Shown piece after piece: positions 1 to 12,335 of a stretch of DNA of 64,000 nt. Below the pieces are notes generated by a model. That model was not told where the DNA came from. It ran no database searches and saw only the letters and a list, made by a program, of their open reading frames with translations. This DNA comes from Eledone cirrhosa. Taxonomy: Eukaryota. Location of the stretch: contig OZ024740.1 in NCBI GenBank assembly GCA_964016885.1, forward strand, positions 339,884,001 through 339,948,000, read 5' to 3'. Position numbers and translations under genes: made by a program. Positions within the stretch are counted from its first letter, which is position 1; each line of letters starts with the position of its first letter.

Positions 1-251
1 ATATGTCTGACTATGTGTAATTTTATGGTTGTACTATAGAGGTGTGGTAAAAGCAGAGCTATTTTCAATTTATGTTCAAATTCATTGATGATCAAATTCT
101 ATACTTCTGTGAATAAATAGTTATTTTGGAATATTTAATTAAGCCACATATTTTCAACTCAATATATTCTACTACCATCTGATAATAACTATAATACCAA
201 TAACTAGTAGTAGTGGTAGTGGTGGTGGTGGTGGTTGTAGCAGTGGTGGTG

Positions 252-303
<52 letters not shown>

Positions 304-320
304 CAGCAGCAGCAGCAGTA

Positions 321-512
321 GTCGTCCTCCCCCACCAAAGAGTAAAGCGGATATTAAAATCCAAACTCAATGATATAAATATCATCAGTGCCATGAACTC
401 ACACAGTACCGATCATCTGATATATTGTAGGAATAATAAAATGGACAAAGGAAGATCATGAAGAGTTAGAAAAACAAGGGAAGTAATGACAATCTACAGA
501 GCCTTACATTTA
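321..512 (+). mobile_element. Decayed R4/Dong LINE fragment (left half, interrupted)
   Basis: Translates to RVKRILKSKLN..NIISAMNS..MTIYRALH, homologous to the Dong copy near 44030-44210. Confidence 0.7.
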
Positions 513-990
513 CTAGCAGAAAAACCACCCTTCGGGTGGTTTTCTGCTAGCATGTGTAATGTGTATATTGATATGATATGCAGGTATATACACATGTAGA
601 TATGCTACATAAAATAAAATCGTAATTGACAATATATAATACATAGAAATTGAATGAAGACTGCATTACACTGTCTTATCTAATAAGTAACGTAATCGAT
701 GATACATTTAAAAAAATGATATATATATATATATATATAAACTGCATTAGGAGAAAATTAGTATGTTTATTTAAGCGATGGTCAACCGGAAGTGTTAACA
801 TTTCAGAAATTTTAAAGAAATTAATCTTTAAATAAACAAAATATATTTAATCAACAGCCACGATATTTAGTAGATAAATTATGTAATATTCATTCATTAT
901 TTATTCAAAGTAATCCAACTTATTTTACTAATGGGACAAAAATTATAAACTGTAAGCAGTCCCGTGCTCCTTACTTTATTATAGTTTAGA
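513..990 (-). mobile_element. Non-autonomous Helitron
   Basis: Minus strand starts A|TCTAAACTATAATAAAG and ends with hairpin ACCACCC-GAA-GGGTGGT plus 11 nt to CTAG|T; AT target, no TSD. Confidence 0.75.
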
Positions 991-994
991 TGGA

Positions 995-3900
995 AATAAC
1001 AATGGAAATGACAATGGGTTGGGTGGGGTAGGAATCATGGTAGCAGAAAAGTGGGCAGATAAGATAATAGACGTAAATAGAGTGAACGACAGAATAATTA
1101 AAATAAGACTTGTCCTCAATAAAACTACGGTGACAGTAATATCTGCGTACGCACCCCAATCCGGACTGCCCGGCGCTATAAAAGACAGATTCTACGAGAC
1201 ACTGATGCTCGCTACCTCCCAAATAACCGACAGCGACTATATAGTTATTGCAGGCGACCTAAATGGTCACGTTGGACAACATTGTGACGGCTATGACGGA
1301 ATCCATGGAGACTATGGGTTCGGTACTAGAAATGAGGAAGGCTCCAGAATCCTGGAATTCTGCGACGCAAATAACTTAACTATCTGTAACACTAACTTCA
1401 AAAAACGAGACAATCACTTGATCACCTATAGATCAGGGGAACACACAAGCCAGGTAGATTATATCCTTACCAGAAGACGTGACAGAGTGTCTGTTGTTAA
1501 CACTAAATCCCACCCCCATGAAGAATTCACCTCCCAACATAGACTGATAATTAGCGACCTCATAGTCAGGACGAGACGTACTAGACAGCGGAAGAGGACT
1601 ATCCTCAGGAGAAAAATATGGAAGCTAAAGGACCCCATAGCCAGAAATAAATTTCAAAGCATATTACTTGACGCTTTCGACAGTAAGGAAGAGAAATTAG
1701 AGTCGTATAATATAGAGGAACAGTGGGAATTCCTGAGAGCAAACCTGCTGACGGCGGCAGACGAAGTCTGTGGCTGGAGCAGGCCTGTAGGTAGGAGGAG
1801 AGTAACATGGTGGTGGAACAGTAAGGTGGAGGAGTCAATTAAGGCCAAAAAGCAGGCTTGGAAAGTATGGCGGGATGGGGGAAGTAGAGAAGACTATCAA
1901 GTGGCCAGGAGGGAAGCTAGGAGACAAGTGTACTTCGCAAGAAGGGAAGCAGAGGAAAGAAAGTTCAAGCATGTTCTACAACGTGAGGACCAAAAACGTG
2001 AGGTGTTCAGGATTGCCAGGCAATGTGTCAAGGAAAACCGTGATATTGTCGGGGAGAAGTGTGTACTTAACGATGATGGCATACTTGCCATCACCGACGC
2101 TGATAAGAAGGTAGCTTGGAAGTGTCACTACGAAAGGCTTCTAAATGAGGAGAACAAATGGGAGAAAGACAATCTCCCCCAGATCGATCCAATAGAGGGA
2201 CCAGCAGTGTTAGTCGAGGGGAGTATAATAAGTAAGGCAATCAAAGATATGAAGACGGGTAAGGCGGCTGGGCCTTCGGAAATAGTTGCTGAGATGCTGA
2301 AGGCATCTGGTTCGGTGGGACACACCATGGTCACCCGGATAGTTAACCAAGTCGTACAGAATGGGGTTGTTCCGAAGGAATGGCGTAGCAGCATCATCGT
2401 TAACTGCTATAAGGGAAAAGGAGATGCCCTAGATAGGAGTAACTATAGAGGCATTAAATTAATCGACCAGGTCATGAAGGTCACGGAAAAAGTAATAGCG
2501 CAACTAATCAGAGAGAGAATTGATCTAGATGAAATGCAGTTCGGGTTTGTGTCAGGCAAAAGTACCACAGACGCTCTTTTCATTGTACGACAACTACAGG
2601 AGAAGTACCTAGCTAAAAGTAAACCCCTATACTTAGCTTTCGTCGACTTGGAGAAAGCCTTCGACAGAGTCCCCTGTTCCATTATCTGGTGGTCTCTTAG
2701 AAAACTAGGTGTTGACGAATGGCTTGTGAGAGCTATACAAGCCATGTATAAAGAAACAGTCAGTAAGGTTAGAATTAACAACGAATATAGTGAAGAGTTT
2801 AGCGTAAAAGTTGGTGTCCATCAGGGCTCTGTTCTTAGACCCTACTATTTATTATTGCCCTTCAGGCTATAACAGAGGAGTTCAAGACCGGCTGCCCATG
2901 GGAACTCCTATACGCAGATGATCTAACGCTCATAGCTGAATCAATGACCGAACTAGAGAAGAAATTCCAAACATGGAAGCACGGCCTAGAATCAAAAGGC
3001 CTTAAAATTAACCTGGCTAAGACTAAAGTTCTAGTTTGTAGGAAAGAAAATAAGGCGGCGGCCCCATCTGGGAAATGGCCATGCTCAGTGTGTAGGAAAG
3101 GCGTAGGTAGAAACTCCATTTTATGTCCCAAATGCAAAGTATGGGTGCATAAAAGATGTAGTGGGATCACAGGTAAACTAACTAAGAACATAGATTTTAC
3201 ATGTGGCCGGTGCTCTGGTGCAATAAGTAGCAGCAAGTGCCCACAAAATACTAGCTCCTTCAACTGCGCAGAGGGTTCTATAGAAATAGTGGACAGCTTC
3301 CGTTATCTGGGTGACAAAATCAGCAGTGGGGGAGGATGCTCTGAAAGTACAGTAGTTAGAGTCAGAACTGGATGGAAAAAGTTCAGAGAGCTTATACCAC
3401 TATTAGCCGCTAGAGGGTTCTCCCTAAAAATGAAAGGCAGGTTATACGATGCCTGCATACGAACAGCAATGCTGCATGGCAGTGAGACCTGGGCATTGTG
3501 TGCAGAGGATATACGCAGACTAGAGAGGAACGAAGCTTGCATGCTCCGCTGGATGTGCAATAGTAATATACGTGAACGGCAAAGCATAAACGAACTAAGG
3601 AAAAAATTAGAAATAAGAGGGATCAGATGTTGTTTACTCGAGAGAAGGCTACGTTGGTACGGTCACGTGATGCGCATGAAAGACGACAGCTGTATAACAA
3701 AGTGCAGGGCAATAAAGATAGACGGTAGCCACGGAGTAGGCAGACCCAGAAAAACATGGGACGAGCTGATAAATTCCGACCTCACACGCTTACACCTCTC
3801 CAAGACAATGTCACTGGACCGAGACCTTTGGCGGTACTCAGTAATAGAGAAGACCCGCCTTACCTAAATACAAAGTAAAAACCTACTACAGTCAGTAGGC

Positions 3901-4371
3901 ATCTCTATCAAAACACACCCCCGTCCCACCACCTCCACCCCACCCACACCGCCCCTTTCAATGTAAAGTTATGTTGGTCCCACAACATCCAGGCCGAAAC
4001 AAATGAGATCGTGTAGGTGTCACGACAAAAAACACACAGTCCACGCTGTAAATGTGGCCGTGTAGGCAACACGGTAAAAACCTCCCAGCCCCACACTGTA
4101 AATGTGGTTGGTGTTAGGAAGGGCATCCAGCTGTAGAAAACCCGCCAGACAGTCCACGCTGTAATGTGGCCGTGTAGGCAACACGGTAAAAACCTCCCAG
4201 CCCCACACTGTAAATGTGGTTGGTGTTAGGAAGGGCATCCAACTGTAGAAAACCCGCCAGACAGTCCTATGCGAGCAAGACAACCACTCTTGCCTCAAGT
4301 GGGAAAACCCCCGTCCAAACCCATGCAAGCGTGGAACATGGACGCTAAACCTGATGATGATGATGATGATG
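995..4371 (+). mobile_element. RTE-clade LINE, slightly 5'-truncated, one frameshift (APE + RT + PHD-like finger, (GAT)n tail)
   Basis: AYAP, GDLNGH, SQH (APE); DLEKAFD, QGSVL, YADD at 2911-2922; 1-nt deletion near 2840 splits ORFs 1019-2872 and 2944-3867. Confidence 0.95.
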
Positions 4372-4450
4372 ATGGAGAGATTTCCAAAGTTATATTTCAG
4401 CAGAAAAGAAGGAGGAAGAAGACTGATAAGTGTAGAAGACTGTTCAACCA
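4372..4450 (+). mobile_element. Decayed R4/Dong LINE fragment (right half)
   Basis: KLYFSRKEGGRRLISVEDC matches RLYLRRSEGGRGLISIEDC of the 43271-45181 ORF. Confidence 0.7.
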
Positions 4451-4942
4451 GATTTCCCACAAAATTTGATGCAGAAATGTTGCTCAAATTTGTCAGCCAT
4501 CATAAAAATGGCAGTTGTTTGAACATAATATTACAAAACCTCATGTAATAATTGAACATATATAAATAGCAAGAAGTATATTTGTAGATTGAATCAGGAG
4601 AGGCTGACTAACAATGATCATCAGCTGTGCATGTATTTCTGTTAAACTATGCAACACCTCCTCTGGCACTGAGCTGACCATAGACACTGAGTAGCAGTTT
4701 CTTCTCATCTGCAGTCCAGAAATTCTGTAATATCACTTTGTATGGATATATGAAGTCTACATGTGTATGTGTGTGTGTGTGTGTGTGTGTGTATGTTTGA
4801 AGAAAAGTAACCCTTCAAGAGTGGAAAGCATCACTACCAACCATTCATTTTGGTATTCTCACTCTTGGAAGAGGATTGGAGACATAGAGAAGAAATGCAT
4901 TCGATACAACAAAGAGAATAGAGAAAAACAAGCTTTCATTAA

Positions 4943-5121
4943 CCCTTTAGCATTTACATTATATATACTATTGTATTTTCATGGTAAAGGCTTTACCTTA
5001 CATTATGTCACATAATATCGAATCTGTGACATTTTGAGAACAATACCTTAATGTTAGAATGAGTGGCCAGAAAGAGGTGAGAGAATTCTGACAGGATATG
5101 GCCGATTTAAATGCTAAAAGG
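4943..5121. mobile_element. piggyBac-like MITE family 1 (also 17553-17779, 34022-34240, partial ~45558-45730)
   Basis: TTAA flanks; TIR CCCTTTAGCATTTA / TAAATGCTAAAAGG; multiple related copies. Confidence 0.8.
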
Positions 5122-5683
5122 TTAACACTTTGGAATCAGATGCTATACAAAGTCATAACACACAACCAAGAGACGCAAGAAAGGCAGATTAATATCTGGA
5201 TTCTCCAACCAAACATTCACATGTAATATTTGCAGCCAGAACTGTTCTTCAAGAATTAGGATGTACAGTCATCAAAAGATTGAATTCAATGAACAACCAC
5301 AAGCAAGCAATGTTTGTGTGTATGTATGCTTGTGTGTGTGTCTACCTGTATGTATGTCTTTGTGTAGTATCTGGTATTGAAGTGTTAGTAAAGCTTGTTT
5401 TTCTCTATTCTCATATTTCTGTAAATGATTTCTCTTACATTATAGATACTTATTAAATAGAATTATTGATCAATTTCATAATTAATTAATTTACTACTAT
5501 AAGCATGAAAATAAACAATGTAAGTAAGGAAATGAACAGATTATGTACTAAAGAACTGGACATATATGTATGAGGTCAGAGAACAGGTCAAAGTAGTGTG
5601 ATAAATGAACTCAATATCAAATAATTAGAGTAATGAAATGGATGATAATGATGATGATGATGAGGGGGGGGTGATAATTGTCA

Positions 5684-6149
5684 TTGTAATCATATGTTTT
5701 GGTTCTTGTGACCAATAAAGAAATAATATTAATAATAATTGTTTCTACTATTGGCACAAGGCCAGAAATTACCCAGTACATTACTGGTACTTTATTTTAT
5801 CAACGCCGTAAGGATGAAAGGCAAAGTTAACCTCGGCGGGATTTGAACTCAGAATGGCAAGGGCCGTAACTCTATGCGTCAAAACATGGCGTCCGAACCT
5901 CTACCGATACGGTGGATTGGCAGTATCAGTAGAGGTTCGGACGCCATGCTTTGACGCATAGAGTTACGGCCCTTGCCATTCTGAGTTCAAATCCCGCCGA
6001 GGTTAACTTTGCCTTTCATCCTTACGGGGTCGATAAAATAAAGTACCAGTAATGTACTGGGTAATTTCTGGCCTTGTGCCAATAGTAGAAACAATTATTA
6101 TTAATATTATTTCTTTATTGGTCACAAGAACCAAAACATATGATTACAA
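5684..6149. repeat. 227-bp-arm inverted repeat: head-to-head tRNA-SINE copies plus duplicated flank
   Basis: Arms 5684-5910 and 5923-6149 are reverse complements with few mismatches; 12-nt spacer. Confidence 0.95.
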
Positions 6150-6197
6150 AATGTATCACATAAATGAGGTTACAACACATAGGGATGTATAAATATA

Positions 6198-6299
6198 TAG
6201 GGTGTCCCCAAAAAATGTATACACACTTTGATTACCTGTACAGGCAATATTTATTAGAATGCTGTTGAAGATGTATATACATTTTGGGGGGACACACTG
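6198..6299. mobile_element. Tc1/mariner-type MITE
   Basis: TA flanks; imperfect TIRs (t)AGGGTGTCCCCAAAAAATGTATA / TATACATTTTGGGGGGACACACTG. Confidence 0.7.
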
Positions 6300-6329
6300 T
6301 ATACATATAATATGTAAATGGAAGGTGGA

Positions 6330-6661
6330 GCAAAAAATGTAATATACTAAAATGAGTTAAACATTTAGTACACAAACAAATAAACACCCACCCACAAAAG
6401 GATGAGAAATCAGATCACCTCATGACTCTGAACACCATCTGCTCTAATCATATTCTATAAACTGGTTGCTCTGAAATTGAACTTGATCATCTTCAACTTC
6501 AGCTAAATTTCAAAATCTGCCATATTCTATATATGTAATACTTCTTTAGCTGTCAGTAGACTGTTGGTGGGGATTTCACCAGCTATTTATCATCTTTGAA
6601 TTGAATTTACTTGGTTTCTATCACCTTCATCAGAACAGTATTTTTATTTGTATTTATTTGT

Positions 6662-6708
<47 letters not shown>

Positions 6709-7620
6709 TTGTCTTTTAGCTTCCTTAGCAGTTCCATTAGGTCCTGGTTTTCATTTTCCAACATCTATGCAGTTCAGTGGGGTGGGGCTCACTTTTGTGC
6801 AGGATTTCCACCATTTCACCTCCATTTTCAACTCATTCTTCTTTTTTTCATTTTCAGCTGATTTTTTTTTGTTTATCTCTATAACAGTTTGCCACCATTC
6901 TCCAAGCTCTATCTTCACCACTACCAGCCTCCCCATCATCTTTGCAGTGATGAGAAGAAACTGCTATTCAGTGTCTATGGTCAGCTCAGTGCCAGAGGAG
7001 GTGTTGCTGCTGCTATTAGCACTGGGAATTACGTGCTTTTGTTTGTCTTTATTTCCACTCTGGCTATTCCCAGAATTTTACCTGCTAGCGGCTTCATCAG
7101 CAAACACAATCATCTGCTGGTATCAACCACCACCCTCCTCTCTTTTTCTGCTTTTCCTTTTCTGAGCAGTTCTGATTTGATATATGCTTCCACTCAAGTG
7201 CACCTTCTACACTGCACTACCAGTTTCATTGACCTTTTCTCCTGTTAAGGGGTATCGCTCAGGGATATCAATAGGATTTTTGGGGTCATCAGAACCTTCA
7301 AGGATTGAATACTCATGCAGTGTTCACTTGATCACATGTTGTTGCCAGTAATTACCATGTTTCTGCCTATACTGTACTACAAAGGTGACTATGAGCCAAA
7401 GGTCAATGTTGTCATCCCTTTCTCTGGTTGAGACCTATATTTTTTCTGCCCATGTACTGTGGTATCATCTTGTAGGCAATTATGTAATGCATGAGCCCTA
7501 CCGGCGGCTTTCTTGTCTGATCCTCAGTCTTGAACAATAGATATATGTTTCCATATGCCTTGCTTCTGCAAAAGAAACAAATCCTGTCACACATTGGACA
7601 GAGCTCCTTTTAACTCCTCT
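6330..7620 (-). pseudogene. Possible heavily decayed LINE ORF1-like remnant
   Basis: Coding-like composition on the minus strand and CFFCRSK knuckle-like motif near 7560-7580; weak. Confidence 0.3.
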
Positions 7621-8944
7621 TTTAAGGGTATATGGAAACTTTTTTTAAACAAAGTTATGTCATTTACCTCCTTGCATTTACTTACGTCAATTCTTTAAAT
7701 AAAGTCATTCTATTTTATGACATACACCAGCCATGCTTTTTTTCCCTTTTGCCTAAAGCTGATTCATGTTTAGATCTCCTTTTTGGTACACATCATCATC
7801 ACCATTTTACATCTCTTTTTCTTTACTTGCATAGCAAAAAATGAATTTTTGTTGGGGTGGTGGTGGTGGCGGTGGCGACGGCGGCGGCGGTGGTGGTGGT
7901 GGTGAACTTTGTTTTATATTCCATTTTAAGAACAATAATATTGTTTCCTTTGGGGCAATCATTGGTTCACTTCATTTCTCGATGATGGAAGTGACAAGGG
8001 ATTGTGCATCTCCACAGAACAGATACCATAATGAAGTTTTTCTCTCATTGGTTTATATCAGTGTTGCTTAAAGTAGGTTCCAAAGAACTTTAGGTTTCTA
8101 TGAGATAAGATATCTTTTAATAAATTTATTATACAACTTTTTATATGAATAAATTATCTCTCTGAAATGATTTTTGTTTCATTTAATCATCATCATCATC
8201 ATCAACATCATGTAAGATATATTTTCCCTGCTAGCAAGAGTCTGTACTAAAGCAGGGCTACTGACATCCCAGATAGGCTAGGAGTTCACATCTCACTTAC
8301 ATTTAGTTCCTCGTTCTACCAAGTACATTTTATCATGGAGGTAGACTACCAGAGACATAGTCTTATCATTAACAACTTGAAGGTCCTCCAACCGTTTGTC
8401 TGGCAAGTTTTCTATGGCTGGATATCCTTCCTATCATCTATCACTTTACAACATTTACTGTGTACTGGGTGTATTTATTATGTAGATCATCAACACTATA
8501 GAAGTTGTTGTGCCACTGTTAGGCATGGTTTCAACAGCAGGATGTCCTTCCTATCACCAACCACTTTACAATATGTATTAGGTGCATCTTGTGCCACTGT
8601 CACTAGAGAAGTTGGTGGTCAAAGTCCCAACTGAAGAGCCATCTCTGCTCTGTGGTATTTGAGTGTGGGGAACGATAGGGGAGGGAGATAGGTAGGTATG
8701 AAGTAATAGGTGTATGTGATGATTTGGCAGAGTGATAAGTAAGGGGAGGGGATGACTGATAGTATAAATTAGGATAGTAGTGGTTTTCCATAAAATGTAG
8801 GTATGGGTTCTGTGATGTATGGAAAATCCTATAAAGATTCTCCAACAAAATATGTGTGGGAATCACTGGTCTATATGACCAATTTATTTGCCATTCTCTT
8901 GTATGTTGTCTTAACTTCTCAACTTTCTCCTGTCCTATCTTCAG

Positions 8945-9185
8945 CTATCTGTATTACACTGACTGGGGTTCAGAACCAAAGATAGCCAGGTCATTTCTTG
9001 ATGGTTCTGAGATTGAAATTCTCAAGACTGAAGATCTAAGTAGCCCTAATGGATTAACTGTTGATAATGGTCAGCTCTATGTAACAGATTCAAACTATCA
9101 GAACAAAACATCTGGACCACAGATATGGTTATTCAATATGGCTACTAATAAATGGAACCGGTTTGCAGGATCTATAGACCTCAAG
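8945..9185 (+). CDS. Exon A: YWTD blades (YLYYTDWGSEPKIARSFLDGS...PNGLTVD...LYVTD)
   Basis: ttcag|C acceptor, AAG|gtatg donor; phase 2-0; LDL-receptor class B motifs. Confidence 0.92.
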
Positions 9186-12100
9186 GTATGTATGCTCTCG
9201 AAACTGAAATGTCAAATATGATCATTTGATGTGAGGAGACAATAAATTTAACTTTTCAGCTACTCAGGTCCTTCATTGGAAAGCAGATGTCCCCTTCTGC
9301 TGAAACTTCAACATTTTTCAGTTAAGTTTCTAACACTAGAAAATTATTAGCAATCACTGTAAAATGTTATATTATAAATGCAAGCATGGCTGTGTGGTTA
9401 AGGAATTTGCTTCACAACTACATTGTTTTAGGTTTATTTCTACTGCATGATATGTTGGACAAGTGTTTTCTACTGTTACCTTGTAAGTGAAATATGGTAA
9501 ACAGAAATTGTAGAAGCCTGTCATCACTAATAACATTAGTTGTCCATTTTTCCTGCAATCATATATATGTGTGTGTGTATGTGTGTGTGGGGGGGGGGTG
9601 CATGTGTTCATGTCTGTGTTTACATTTTTGTCTGCATTTATGTCCCCTAACTGAGCAGTTTGACAAAAAGAGATCAATAAAATAAGTACTGAAATTGATA
9701 TGACTGACTATGTAGTTTTATGGTAGTGCCCCAGCATGGCCACAGTTTAATGACTGAAACTAGTAAAAGAATAAAAGAACAAAATATTTATATCAAAAAC
9801 ATTATAGTAAAACCATTACAATCATATAGATATCATTATTATTGTTACAAGTAGATTGGCGGAATCGATAGAGTGTCGGACAAAGTGGGCCCTTTACATT
9901 CTGAGTTTAAATCCTGCTGTGGTTAGCTTTGCCGTTCATCCTTATGCAGTCAGTAAATAAAGCACCAGTAATGCACTGGGGTCGATTTAATCAATTTTCC
10001 CTTCCCCCCGAAAAATTGCTGGCCTTGTGCCTAAAGTAGAAACAATTATAAATGTGTTATTCTAATAGCATTATAGTTATTTCTGTTAGATATGATTATT
10101 GTCATATGTTCATAGTGTCACATTTGTTATAATGGTTTCTGATTTAGGTACATGGCCAATAATTTTGGAGGAGGAGAAAGTCGATTAAATTGACCCCAGT
10201 ATGTTACTGGTTTATCATTATTGTCATTAGTCTCAAACTGATATTATTGCTAGCATATATATTATATCTTTATTGATATCATTGTTGGTCATATGTGTCT
10301 TATACAGATATCATTAATATTTATCTCACACTGCACTGAATGTCCACATTCTATATTTACTCCCTTTTAAGTTACAGAGTTGTTACACCTGCTTTTGTTG
10401 ACCAGAATTAATCATTATAATAATGACTTTGATCTTCAATATACATGTGATTTTAAGTAATTAAAATTACTTCGCACACTATATTAAATTAGCTCTGACT
10501 TTACTAGTTATGATCACAATTAGGCATGTTTATTTGGTATCATTAATATATTTCTAATACATCATGCAGCCTAAAATTCTCAAGTAATTTTGAAAATAAT
10601 CTTAGAAATTGGAAACCCCGGGCAAGATAGTTGGATAACGTCCATGAGCTTGGTTGGTCTCATTGGAGACAGTTGCTTCTGACAGGACCCGCAGGGAAGA
10701 GTGTTTGAGGGCTCTGCCTCCACAACCCTCTCAGAAATAAGTGGGCAAAGAAGAAGGAGATATTTAGTAAAATAACTTTATTATGAATCTGGTGTTTGGA
10801 ACACAACTTAAAAGTTTTTCCATAAAATTATGATGGAATTTTTTTTAGATAAAGATAAATACTATAAAAATAACAATGTAGAGGTGTGTATGAAGGCATA
10901 TGTATATGAAGGCATATTGTGTCAGCTTGACTGACTGCAATTAATTAGTAGTAGCACTAACATGGCATGGTTCATAATAGAGATGTATATGAAAGTATAT
11001 ACAATGTGTTTATATAGGATAAACATACATTAATCTGGCTATGGATATTTTAAACTGTGATCATGTCATAGCTACCTTGGAAGCCATATGAGAATGTCAG
11101 ACTCTAATATAATATTTCAGTATTTTTTATACATCATTAGTGATGCCGACTTACTTGGTACTGAGACAAGAATAAGCTATATCTTATATACATATTGTGT
11201 ATAAAACATTCGTGACTGGCATTCTCACATGACTACTGATGTATGTCATGATATGGATTTCTACATGTCTTAAGACTGGCCTGACTTCAAAGTGAAATTC
11301 TTTCTTTTTTTTTAACCATTTTCATACCAAACCCCCTGAAACTGACTCTGATTCTATGATACAAAACTGTTTGTTTTAAAATATTTATATTTATCTAAAA
11401 ATATTCCAACACAAACTTAATGATGTAAAAAATAGTTATATTACTTAAATCCTCCAAATGATTATTTTCAAAATGATTTGAAAATCATAGGCAATGTTTT
11501 TCATTAGAAATATGTACCAAAAGAGTTAAATAATTTACTCAGAAATAAAGGACAATGCTCATGAAACATTCTATGGCCTCCTTCGACATGGGTGACATTG
11601 ATACAATTGAGGTTTAGTTCTTGTTGATTGCAAACATCAGTTTGTAAAGACTGATTCAGTTACTATAGTGACCACAATGTCATTTTTCTCCATATTCTTT
11701 CTCCAGATTCCACGTGGTATTACTCGACACGGTGATATCCTGTATTACACAGACTGGTCAACAGATGACAATACAGAAGGTTCCATATACCAGTACAACT
11801 TAAAGAAGTCCAGTCTTAACACGAACCCTCTAATCAGAGGAATTAAACCAACAGGACTTCATTATTCTCCTCGACAAATCATTTCTTCAGGTAACTTAAC
11901 CCTTCTTTTAACACCTTTCCATTGTAGTCACTCTCTAATTCTTCACCATTTAGCAGTGTGGTTCATAAGTTAGCTTCAGAACTATGTAACCATGTAGTTT
12001 GGGGTTCAGTCCCACTGTATGGCTTCTTGGACAAGTGTCTTCTACTATAACTCCAGACTGACTCATGGCTTGGGAGGAAAAAGTGTGCTACAGTGTGAAA

Positions 12101-12290
12101 GCATCGATGCTTCTCAACACTGTTGGGGAGAGAGATATACTGTTTAGGAAGGTACCAAACTCTTTGAGATTTCAAACCAGGAGATGAAACCCTTAGGAAT
12201 ATTCATCATTGAAGCCAGCTGAGGTTCCATTAAATTTTTATATTCATGTAATCCATCTGTATGTATAATGCTATGTTTGCATGTATATGT

Positions 12291-12335
<45 letters not shown>

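Noticed and set aside
92-461. Poly-Thr and poly-Val ORFs
   Set aside because: Translations of a (GTA/GTG)n microsatellite
513-550. GC hairpin followed by a T-run, resembling a bacterial intrinsic terminator
   Set aside because: Eukaryotic context; better explained as a Helitron 3' hairpin plus CTAG on the minus strand
1605-3587. Several minus-strand ORFs
   Set aside because: Antisense shadows of the RTE coding sequence
5911-6000. tRNA-like A/B boxes
   Set aside because: SINE heads with extended spacing and no full cloverleaf; not tRNA genes
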